Position numbers and translations under genes: made by a program | Assembly (NCBI RefSeq): GCF_963921235.1 | Contig: NC_086101.1 | Span: 31,124,001 to 31,188,000, forward strand | DNA length: 64,000 nt | Reading direction: 5' to 3' | Source of the DNA: Mobula hypostoma | Lineage: Eukaryota | The notes under the pieces: generated by a model | Databases searched by the model: none | Seen by the model: only the letters and a program-made list of their open reading frames with translations | Told to the model about the DNA's origin: nothing | Shown here: piece after piece, positions 23,290 to 34,700 of the stretch | Position numbering within the stretch: the stretch's first letter is position 1 | How the letters are laid out: every line of letters begins with the position of its first letter

Positions 23290-23920
23290 TGCTGCCTGGG
23301 CTGGAGCCGGTCCCCGCAGCGCCCCGGGATGAACGCGGTGGGTCTGCCGATTCAGCCGACCGGTGAGTTCCCGTTCGCGTTCCTCAAACCCGGCTGTCAG
23401 TCCGCCAACCTCGCCCGAAGCAGCAGTGCAGTCACCGGTCGGACCTTTCGCAGTTCCTCAGTGCCGGGACCGTCATGCAGAAGGAACCGGCCACCTTCAG
23501 CTCCTCGTCCTTCCAGAGCTGCTGTGATTCAGCTACGGTCCGCAGGGTGAACGTGTCGATAAGAACCCCAGTCCCAGCTGATCAGATCCCCGGAATTGGA
23601 ATTTTAGTGTTTGGATTTATTTATATTACATGTTTTGGAGTTGGATTTGGTTTACTATTGTCACATGTGCCGGGATACGGTGATACAGTGGGGATGAGTT
23701 CTGGGTTTAACCTGAGGCCGCCTTTCCACGCGGCGTAGCACAGAAAGGCTTCCTGCTCCGACGCACCAGACTCCGCATCACCTATTTCCTCGCTGATGCC
23801 GGAGCTGAGGATATCTCGGAGCGGGCGCGGGCCTCGCTGCGGGAGCAGGGTGAACAGCCAACGGTCACGGTACACGACGCACCAGGGTGTCCGTCTCCAA
23901 AGGGATGAGACGCCACAAGC
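23290..23920. promoter_or_regulatory. CpG-rich region between the divergently oriented B30.2 genes (candidate promoter)
   Basis: Visible CpG enrichment relative to flanks; lies 5' of both gene models. Confidence 0.4.
23329..23362 (+). CDS. Candidate first coding exon of the butyrophilin-like gene (MNAVGLPIQPT-G)
   Basis: gggATG in a CpG-rich patch with a strong phase-1 donor CG|GTGAGT, compatible with the exon at 28753 (would give 454 aa); no independent support. Confidence 0.35.
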
Positions 23921-24752
23921 TATGCTTGTGCATGGGGAGAAGGGGGGCTTAAATGAAGGCTGAGGACCAGGGGCCAGCATCGCAAAACCGAAGTTCTCAC
24001 TGTACTTCGGTCCACATAACAATAATAAGCAATTTTGCCGATTTACCAATCACTCCTTGTGCCAAAATGCCAGCAAGAATAAAAACAGAACACAAGACAA
24101 GAAACTGGGAACAGGATCAAGCCACTCGGCCTCTCAAATCCACTCCAACCCCACCATTGCACATGATCACGCGCTCAACTCCTGTTCTCCGCCAGCTCCC
24201 CATAACCCTCGATTTCTCAATTTTTCAAATATTAATCCATCTCCAACTTAAAACTACCTCAAGATCTGAACTCCATCACCCTCAAGGGCAGAAAATTCCA
24301 GGGATTAGTTCCACCCTCGTTCTGTACACCTCGGTTTTAAATGACCGGACCCTTATCTTGTATCCATTTCCCCTCGTTTGTGACTCTACCAGTGGTGGAA
24401 ACACCCAGCATCTACCCGTTAGGATCTCATATGCTTGAATAAGGCCAGCGCTCCTTCTTCTAACCTCAAGGAGCTCCGACCCAGACTGTGTTGGTGTTTT
24501 ACAGGGCGGTTAATTCCCCACGGTGCCCAGAGCTGGTCGCCTCGAGTATGGGAAGCCTTGACAGTGACTGTAATCGCGGTCAGCGTAACGTCCTGGATAT
24601 ATTTTCGGAAAAGTAAGTATCAAAGAAGTGATAGAAGACTTAGGTGGGAAGGAAAATTATGAGAATTTCACCAGTGATTAGGAAGGCCAGGGGACGTAAA
24701 ATGTATCTTCGTTGGAAGATGCGCTTCCCCGCAGAGGGCCGCCAGTGGTTCG

Positions 24753-26427
24753 GATGTAATTGAAGGCTATAGCCACTGGGTGGCTCCCTCGGACCATTAT
24801 CTCCAGAGCTTCCTTCAGTCGCTCAGATCAGAAAAGAGTACTGTATCTTAATTTTTTTTGGATAAAACCCTGCTCGTTTGAATAGCATCCGCTAATGGGC
24901 CACTTTTCTGTGAATGATACACTTCTTATAGAGTCTCAGACAGATACAGCACAGGAAGAGGCCATACCGGCCGCAATGTCTGTGCTGTTCCTTTAGCATG
25001 TCTACACCAATCCCGTTTGAGGGGAAATTAGAAAGGTTAGGTCTGTATTCCGCGGAGCAGAGGAGATTAAGAACATACACAAAATGCTGGAGGAACTCAG
25101 CAGGCCAGTGTCAAAAAAGGGCACTGAGAGAAATTATAAGACTATGGGGTGTGGTTGGTTAGCTTTAATAGGGAGCCATTCGAGTTCTCAGGGGCAAGTT
25201 GCATCATCCTGTGCTGCATGATTCTACAATATATTGAACAAAGTAACTCATCTAATCACCAGCAGAATTAGACTGATTGTGTGCTACGTCTTCTTTATGT
25301 CCCATTGATGGTTTAAAAGACGCGTGTGTTTACAGACACTTAGGCTCTCTGTTCAGATGTTTACAGAGACTTCATCCCTGAGTCATAGCTGTGGTAACAG
25401 AGAGTGAGATGCTAATGTTGCAACTAAACACCCAAATCTGTTTTTAAAGTAATTACAGACTTTAACTTTAACAAAAAAACCTTACCCACCCCTCCCGGGA
25501 CCTCAGAAGCTGCCGACGCTGTGGCAGGCTTTCTCTGGAGTCAGCAGCCTCTGCCGGTGCTGATGTCTGACAGCTCAGACACCGGGCGTTAGCGAAGTGC
25601 AGGCGTGCCCACTAATCCCACCCGTCTACTCACCAAGGACAGCTCCGACTGAGGCCAAGGGTTAACAGTGGCTTGGTGGATTGACACACCTCAGGGGTAG
25701 AGACTGGGGGTCAAGTCCTGAGCTCATGAACCAAGCTGGAGGTTGGGGTAGAGTGGGGAAGGTATGCTATGCTCTAGGAGAAGCTGACAAACAGATAACA
25801 CATCCGCCTAACCAATAGAATGAGCACAGCGGACCTTAAAAGGACCCAACCTCACAATCAACCTCATTATGATCTTGCGACTTATCGTTTACCCGCACCA
25901 CACTTTCTGCTGATTTTTCGCTTTCTTCTGCAATGCTGTTTTCTCTTATTCTACCTCGATGCACTGTGTAACGAATTGATCTGTGTGAACAGTATGTAAG
26001 ACAAGTTTTTCACTGAATCTCAGACCATGCCACAATACTAAACCAGTTCCAATACCAAACCCTTCCCTCAGACACTCGGTCTCCACCCAGCAAGTTTCAG
26101 TCCCAGCCAACACCCAAACCCACCATACGATTGTTCTTCATTTACGTTTGCGGGTCCTTCCTCTGCGCACAAATTGGCTCCTTGTCCCTATAAGGATAGT
26201 TTGGAAGTGTTCCAATGGCTGTAAAATGCAGCCGATGTAATTGAAGGCTTTTGCCACTGGGTGGCTCCCTCGGACCAGTTTCTACAGCGCTTCCTTCACT
26301 CAGATCAGAAAAAAGTATCTGTGGTTTATCTGCTCGTTTCTATAGAATTAACGTCCGTTTAATGTGCCACTTTTCTGTGAATGACACACTTCTTATAGAG
26401 TCTCAGACAGACACAGCACAGGAAGAG
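24753..26427 (+). repeat. About 200-bp imperfect direct duplication (24753-24960 and 26234-26427)
   Basis: Shared GATGTAATTGAAGGCT...GCCACTGGGTGGCTCCCTCGGACCA...CCACTTTTCTGTGAATGA.ACACTTCTTATAGAGTCTCAGACAGA.ACAGCACAGGAAGAG. Confidence 0.9.
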
Positions 26428-27849
26428 ACCAGTAATCTGGCAAAGATCAGGAAAGAACATCCTTAGAAATAGTTCTAGGGTCTCGGTGATACTGGTGAGG
26501 CAGTATATTGTATTATCCATCCTAATTTCCCAGATGCCATTGGGAGCCAAAGACATGTCAAGGGCTGCCATCGTGTTCAGGTGAGATCCCAGGATGGGAC
26601 TGTGGGCTCCCTTTCCTAGGTCTTTGAACCAGGAATTTTATGGCAACATTGGTGCTCACTAGGCATCAGCAGTGGGGGTAGAATTGTGCTTTGCTGGATT
26701 GAATTTCCAGTTCAGATACCCTGTGGCTTTACCTCCCAGTGGAACAGCTAGTAGTGACATTCCCTAGATCTGGTTTGATCCCAGCCAAGGGTGTAAGAGA
26801 CCACAATGCAAGAAGAACTCAGCAAGTCAGGAAGCATCCCTGGAGGCAGAAGATATACAGTAGGTAAAGGTTTTAGATCAAGACCCTGTGTCAGGACTGA
26901 GAGGGGTTGGGGAAGATTGCCAGTATATAGAGTATAGAGGAGCATTTGACAGATCCAGGTGGGGAGGAGGGGGTCTTCTTCTCAAGCCCATCATCTCTAT
27001 TGGAGCATCGGCTCCTGGCAGCAGCTTACCAGAGTCCTCAGTCCTGAGCCCGTCTTTCAAGTTCTCCCTGTGTGCAGCCACCCTCATACTCCTTCTCCCA
27101 GGGTTGTGGTCTGTGGAGCTTCTGCTGGCCTCTCTGTAGCACTGGGTTTTTTACAGGGGTTGCCAGCCCAACGCCCAACCTTCCTCCCTTCATAACCGGG
27201 CTTGGGACCAGCCATGTGGAGTGTGGGTAGACGGAATCAGGTGGGGAGAGGGGATGGAGCAGAAGCTGCTGGGCAAGAGGTGGAACCAGATGAGAGGAGG
27301 AAAGCAGATGGAAGTTGGAACCAGGTAATGAAAGGATGGGAGGACTGAAGAAAGGGAGAAGAAAATCAGGTGGACAAATGAGTGTGGGGAGAGCATGGTG
27401 GCGAGTTGTGGGTTATGAGATAACTGGGAAATTCATTCTTCATACCAGTGGGCAGTAAGTCCCGCTATCACCCACCAATTTCTATTCCTCCCTCACATCT
27501 CCTCTGGCTGTCATGTCCCCTCTCAGTCCTGATGCCTGGTCTTGACTCAGACAATCAACTTTCAACATTTAGCCTCCACAGATGTTTCCTGACAAGTGGA
27601 GTTCTTCTAGCGTTGTTGCAGATTCCAACATTTCCCATTTCTCTTGTCTCCTGAGCTCCAGCGCTGTCTGTGTGTGGAGTTTACATGTTCTACCTGTGAC
27701 TGAGTGGGTTTCCCCAGGTGTTCCAGCTTCCTCCCTGCCTGCACTGCACTTTCTCCGCATTCAGATATTGTGTTCCTATGTACATGTTACTCCATGCACT
27801 GTAGTAATGTATTCATCTGTAGGGATGGCAAGCAAAACAAAGTTTTTCA

Positions 27850-28680
27850 TGCAACGCACACAAAATGCTGGTGGAACGCAGCAGGCCAGGCAGCATCTAT
27901 AGGAAGAAACACAGTCAACATTGCGGGTCAAGACCCTTCATCAGGACTAACAGAAAAAAGAGATAGTAAGAGATTTGAAAGTGAGAGGGGGAGGGGAGAG
28001 ACCCAAAATGATAGGAGAAGACAGGAGGGGGAGAGATGAAGCCAAGAGCTAGGAAGTTGATTGGCAAAAGGGATACAAGGCTGGAGACAGGGGAGGATCT
28101 TGGGACAGAAGGCCTTGGAAGAAAGAAAGGGGGAGGGGAGCACCAGAGGAAGATAGACAGCAGGCAAGGAGTTATTGTGAGAGGGAAAGAGAGAAGAAAG
28201 AGAGAGAGAGATAAATAAATGAATAAATACATACATACATAAATAAATAAATAAGAGTTGGGGTAAGAAGGGGAGGAGGGGCATTAACGGAAGTTTGAGA
28301 AATCAGTGTTCATGCCATCAGATTGGAGACTACCCAGACGGTATATAAGGTGTTGTTCCTCCAACCTGAGTGTGGCTTCATCTCGACAGTAGAGGAGGCC
28401 GTGGATTGACATATCGGAATGAGAATGGGACATAGAATTAAAATGTGTGGCCACTGGGAGATCCTGCTTTCTCTGGTGGACAGAGCATAGGTGTTCAGCG
28501 AAGCGGTCTTCCAATCTGCGATGGGTCTCACCAATATATAGAAGGCCACACCTGGAGCACCGGACGCAGTATATCACCCCAGCCGACTCACAGGTGAAGT
28601 GTCGCCTCACCTGGAAGGACTGTCTGGGGCCCTGAATGGTGGTGAGGGAGGAAGTGTAAGGGCATGTGTAGCACTTGTTT
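27850..28680 (-). mobile_element. Penelope-like element 3' part (GIY-YIG endonuclease and terminal repeat)
   Basis: CESAGVIYCVRCSRCGLLYIGETHRRLEDRFAEH; pyrimidine-rich 3' region and shared terminal repeat. Confidence 0.88.
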
Positions 28681-28752
28681 CCATTGTTTCTCATTGTAGC
28701 TCTGTGGATATGACAATAATAAACCCGTTTATCAATTTCTGTGCCTCAACAG

Positions 28753-31700
28753 GAAGTTCTGACAGGTCGGTCTCTGTGTGGAGGAGTAATCTGGTCGTGG
28801 AGATATTACTGCAGGTGGCGATACTTTCAGGAGCAATGCTCATCTCCTACTGGAACACGGCAAACCTAGGTAAAGTTTAGTGCAAGATAACAGAATAAAC
28901 ACCAAACTCCGGTGGGTTTGAGATCCCCCACTCTGGTTTGTAACTCACTTCATTCCTATCCTTCCTGCACACTCTAACCTCCTCCGGCCCATCAGCTCCC
29001 TGAACTCTCTGTGATCCTCCAATTCACTGAACATCACTGAAGTTGGGCAGCCCCCCCCCCCTTCAACAGCGTGGGACCTTGGCCCAGGAATGTTTTCCTT
29101 AACTTTCATCATTCGCGGTCTTCAACATAACAGCTGGGAAGTCATGATACAGCTCCAGGCCACACTTAGAGTGTTGTATGCTGTTCTGGTCTCTCCATTA
29201 CAGCATGGGTGTGCAGGCTTTAGGGAGGCTGCAGAAGAGGTTCACCAGGATGCTGCCTGGATTAGAGAGCATGAGCTGTGAGGAGAGGTTGGACAAATTA
29301 GGATTGTTTCTGCTGTGGAGTGGTGACCTGAAAATCATTTTAACCATAATGAGATATGGATAGGGTAGACAGCCAGAATCGTTGTCCCAGGATTTACAAG
29401 GATGTTGCCAGGACTTGAGAAACTCAGTTACAGAGAAAGGTTAGGACTTTATTCCCTGGAGCGTAGAAGAATGAGGGGAGATTTGATAGAGGTATATAAA
29501 ATTATGATGGGTATAAATAGAGTGAATGCAAGCAGGCTTTTTCCACTGAGGCAAGGGGAGAAAAAAACCAGAGGACATGGGTTAAGGGTGAGGGGGGAAA
29601 AGGTTAAAGAGAACATTGGGGGGGGGCTTCTTCACACAGAGAGTGGTGGGAGTATGGAATGAGCTGCCAGATGAGGTGGTAAATGTGGGTTCTTTTTTAA
29701 CATTTAAGAATAAATTGGACAGATACATGGATGGGAGGTGTATGGAGGGATATGGTCCAGGTGCAGGTCAGTGGGACTAGGCAGAAAATAGTTTGGCACA
29801 GCCGAGAAGGGCCAAAAGGCCTGTTTCTGTGCTGTAGTTTTTCTATGGTTTCTGTGGTTGAAGGGGCAAATTCTAAAGGGCAGAAGTTTAAGGCAAAAGG
29901 CGGAAAGTTTGAAAGAGATTAATGAGGCAATTTGTTTACACAAAGAGCAGTAGGTACAGGAACGCACTGCCAGGAGAGGAGGTGGAAGTGGAACGATAGC
30001 AATGTTTAAGAGACATTTAGACAGGATTAAGAACTAGCAGGAAATGGGTGGATATGGACCACTTGCAGGCAGGTGGGATTAATTGGGTTGGCATAATGGT
30101 CAGCACAGACATTTTGGGCTGAAGGGCCCTTTCTGGTAATGTTCTACGTCCTAACCCCAGGGTGGATGTGCTGGTTTAAAATTGTGGGATGGGAGGTGGG
30201 GATGGAGACAATGAGAGTTTGTGGTGCCCAGAAACTCGCCATGACAGGCAGTGATGTTGACTTAGCCTCCACTGTCTGCACAAATTCGTTCGGGTGTATC
30301 TGCGCACTCTCCAACTTCTGAGCTTGAGGTTATGACCAGTAAAATCATGGATCATTACAGTTAACATCACTTGCCCTCTGTGACTTTGAGTAATATATCT
30401 CAGACAGTGTAAGGCAATCCCAGAACATGCGATGTGGATCCAAACTCTTGAGTCACTGCCACTGCAGAATACCCAGCATGCTAATGTAGTAGCAGAAAGT
30501 TTATAGGACCTACTATGGTATGTGGGGAATTTGAGAAAGCGAGTCTGCTGGAGTGGACTGCAGGTAAAACTGAAACACAGGGCCTTAAGACCCCACTTCC
30601 CTTCTTACCATCCTCCTGGCTAATGCACAGTCTCTGAAAATTAAAACTGAAGATCTCCAAGAAAGATTGCAGTACCGGAGGGACATCAGAGACTGCTGCG
30701 TACGCTGCTCCACAGAGTCATGGCTCACCCCCAGCATCCAGCACAAGGGCTTCACCTTCCACCGCATGGATCAGATAGCGGCATCAGATAAAGGCAGAGG
30801 TGCGGAGCAAACTTGTTGGGCCAAGTGGCCTAATTCTGCCCTGGTAGTATTATGGACGAATGGCTGGAGCTACCATTCCCAGAACTAGTACTGTACCAGA
30901 GAAATATCTCACGGTTAAAGTGATCAGTGACCCTGAAACATACTGGAAAGGTTGGTGGTTCAGTGATTGGTCCTGCAGGGTAACTCAGGAGGGAGGAATG
31001 TTGAGCACTCCCCCATTGTCCTCACTGCATCTGCCCCTCTGTGGGACACTGCCATTGGTCATTGGTGGGTGGAGTTTCATACCTGGATACAACCAGTAGT
31101 TTTGCTGAGGGTGATGATGGGGTAGATGTAGAAGGCTGTATTCTTTCCCTGCTCTGTACTTTCACAGCAGCCATTACTCTTTACTCTGTGTTGTTATTGT
31201 CTTCCCTTGTTTTACCTCAATACCATGTGCAATGAGCTAATCTGTATGAAGCTACGCAAGACAAGCTTATCACTGTACTTCAGTGCAAGAGACAACAATA
31301 AACTAATTCTAATTCCAATACCAATAAACAGCGGCAGGGGTTTGGTCCAGAACTGTTCACTGCTCAAACGTCACAAAGAGAAACAGACTTTGTAATTTGT
31401 TTTTTATTGTTACATGCTATGAGGGATTCCACTGAGATTGGGCGAGACTAGAACTAGAGGTCATATGATAAGGGTGAAAGGTGAAATATCTAAGAGGAAC
31501 CTGAGGGGGATCTTCTTCGCTCAGAGGGTGGGTTCACATTCAATATTTAAGAGAATATTTTGTTAAGTACATGAATGGGTGGGCTCTGGTCTTGGGGCAG
31601 GACGATGGGATTAGTTTGGTATGGCCCAGATGGGCGAAAGGGCCTCTTCTTGTGATGTAGTGTTCTACGACTCCATACAGCAAGATAGAGTGGAAGGTTT

Positions 31701-34700
31701 TTGCTTGCCATCCAGACAGATCATCCCATAGAAAAGAGCATCAAGGTAGTAAAAAGGAAACAGAGTGCAGAATAGAGTGCTACAGTTATAAAGAGAGTAC
31801 AGTACAGACAGACAATAAGGTGCAAGGACAAGTCCACCTTACCATTCCAGAGGACTGATCGATGGTGTAGAAGCTGTCCCTAAGTCTGGTGAAAATGTAC
31901 TTTCAGGCTTTGTGTCTTCTGTCTAGTGGACGAGGGGAGAGGAGGCAACGTCTGGAATAGCTAGCTGCTGTGCTGAGATAGGGTCCATGCAGAGGAGGCC
32001 AGTTTGTGTGATAGACTGACTATTGACTCCTTGCTGGGTGGGTTTGTATTCTGCACTGGCAACATTGCTTGGCCTCCCGGGCCCTTGGGAATTTGAATTT
32101 AGTGGATGGCCCCCCTCTCACGCTCTCTTCTTTCATCCTAGAGTTGTTTCTGTTGAAGGGGCTGGACCATCCCATCGTGGCCCTGGTGGGTGAAAGCGCT
32201 GTATTGAACTGCTCGGTCACATTCCGCCTCCAGGACAGGGGGCTGGGGGTCGAGTGGAGGAACCTGAGGACTCGAGCTGTGGTCCTGGCCTGCGACGATC
32301 AGGGGGGGCCTTGCCAGTCCTTCCGGAACGGGACACACCTCCTTGGTGACCAGCTGGAGGATGGAAACGTGTCGATCAGACTAGAGGGGGTCCAGGCCTC
32401 CGACGCAGGGATGTACCAGTGCACCGTCTTCTCTGGGACCCACTCCAGCTACGTGTCAATGCATCTAAAGGTTGTGGGTATGACGGTGGTCAGTTACATT
32501 TCGGATGGGGTGAGATCCCACCACATCATAGGCTCAGGCTTGGCATCCTGGCGGAGTGGGCAGTACTCCACCTTATCCAGTAATCCCAACTGCAGATCGC
32601 ACTGCAGTGTGCATGGAGTATCCCTTGAATCACAGGAAATAGGAAGAGGTGGTTCAGCCTACTAGATGCACACTGACGCTGTCACGCTAATCCCAATAAT
32701 ACACGGACAATGAGGAAAGCTGTACCCACAGTGGAATTGGTTGTCTCTGCCACTCTCTGGAGCATCTTGCTTCCCTACATTTCCTGTCATTATAGAATGT
32801 TAGGGTCAAACAGCATGGACCCAGGTCCTTTGACCCATCTTGTCCAGCCCAACCATGGTACGCATCAAGCTAGTCCCATTTGCCCATAGTTAGCCTACAT
32901 CCTTCCAAATACCTCCTATCGATGTGCTTAGCCAAATGTACTTAAATGTGTCTGTACCTGCATCAAACACGAGTGATTTCATATACATTCCAGCCTCTGC
33001 TTGAAGAAGTTGCCCCTCAGATCCTCTCTGAATCTCTGTTCCCTCCTCTGGGGAAAAGACTGTGTGTATTCCTCATGATTATACGCATCTCCGTAAGGTC
33101 ATCTCTCAGACTGCTGCACTCCAAGGAAAGAAGTCCCAGCCTTCCCAGCCTCTCTCTAGAACACATGCCCTTGAGCTCAGACAGTGCACTTGTAAATCTT
33201 CTCTGCACTTTTTTCCAGTTTAGTGATGCCTTTCTTATAACAGGGTGGCCAAAACTGAACACAATACTCCATGTGTGGTCCCACCAACATCTTGCATACA
33301 TTATGTGTAGAGACATTAACCTAAATGGTGTCCATCTATCCAGGCTTCTCTAGGGCAAAGACCGAGAGGGTTTGCACCCTGTCAGATTGGGATTGGGGTA
33401 ATGAGGCTGTTCTCCATCTTGGGTGTCCATGGACACTAGCTGTGTTGAGGTGGCACCCTCTTGCTTGGTGGAGGTAAAGGTCCAGTTGAACTGGGAACCC
33501 AGATGGCGCTGGCCATGAATTGGATCGAGGGGGGATGTATGTTCCAGGGACCAGTGACAACAAGGAGTGGAGAGCTCCCCTCAGAATAAGGGTTGAATCC
33601 TTCAATACGAGCCTGAGCAGAAATCCTCATTCCAGTAAAACTCCAATAATCCTGCACACTTAAGACTTTGTGCTGGAGTGGGAAATACTCAGAATTGATG
33701 AATATCGTATCTCTTAAAACTCCTGGAAAGGTTTTAATTCATGTGTTAGATGTTGCAAAGGAGAGAAATGAATCTCTCATTGAAGTGGGTTAGTTCTAAA
33801 GGGAGAATCCGGGCATCCCAAAGAAATGCAGCACTGTTGAAGTGTGGTCACTAATGACCCAGGAGGGTAGTCCTTGTGTGCACAGTAAGATCCCACAAAT
33901 AGACAGATATTCCCTCAAAAAGTGAGTCAATTGTCAGCATACAGAGGCACCAGGGCTCCTTCAGTACAGTAGAACTCCAATAATTCACAGGAGTCAGAGC
34001 CCAGGAGGGAGAGTGCAGGAACTGGGGTGTAGTGGATTATCTGAATTTTACTGTCCTGAGGGAGTGCCAGTGTATCAGAGTTGGGTCAGTTGGGTGATAT
34101 ATTGACCTGCGATCTAAAATGGCCTGTTTGAGGGATTCATGTTGACGATACTTCAGCAGTTTTATTAATAATCCCTCAAACAAAAGTTATCAACTTCTCA
34201 TTTGTGGGATTTGTGCATGTTTTGACTGCCTCGCTCCGATGTGATTAGTGTCCACTCTCTGACAGTGCCTCATTGCTTTCGGATGTCCAGGGGGTGTAAT
34301 GTCTGTGCATCTTCCTCCAAACTGAGCCAATGGTCCCATTCCATTTCAGCCCTTGGCACGAAGCCCACCTTATCTGCAGAGCAGTTCAACGAGACCTCCT
34401 TCCTGTACACATGCCGGACAGAAGGCTGGTTCCCCGAACCCGCCCTCATCTGGAAGAACAGTGAGGGGAAGAACCTGTTGCCACTGTCAAAGGTAACCAA
34501 GACAACAGGAGAGGAAGGCCTGTACAAGTTGGAGATCCAGCACTGGACAGCCCAGGTTGTCCCACCGTCTGTCACTTGCATCATCCACAACAGGGTGAAT
34601 AACATCAAGAAGGTGTCAACTGCATGTACCAGAGGTGAGTTACTTGAACTTGCAAATGTATTTTACAAACTGTGCTTAAATGTAAATGACCAGCTTATTG

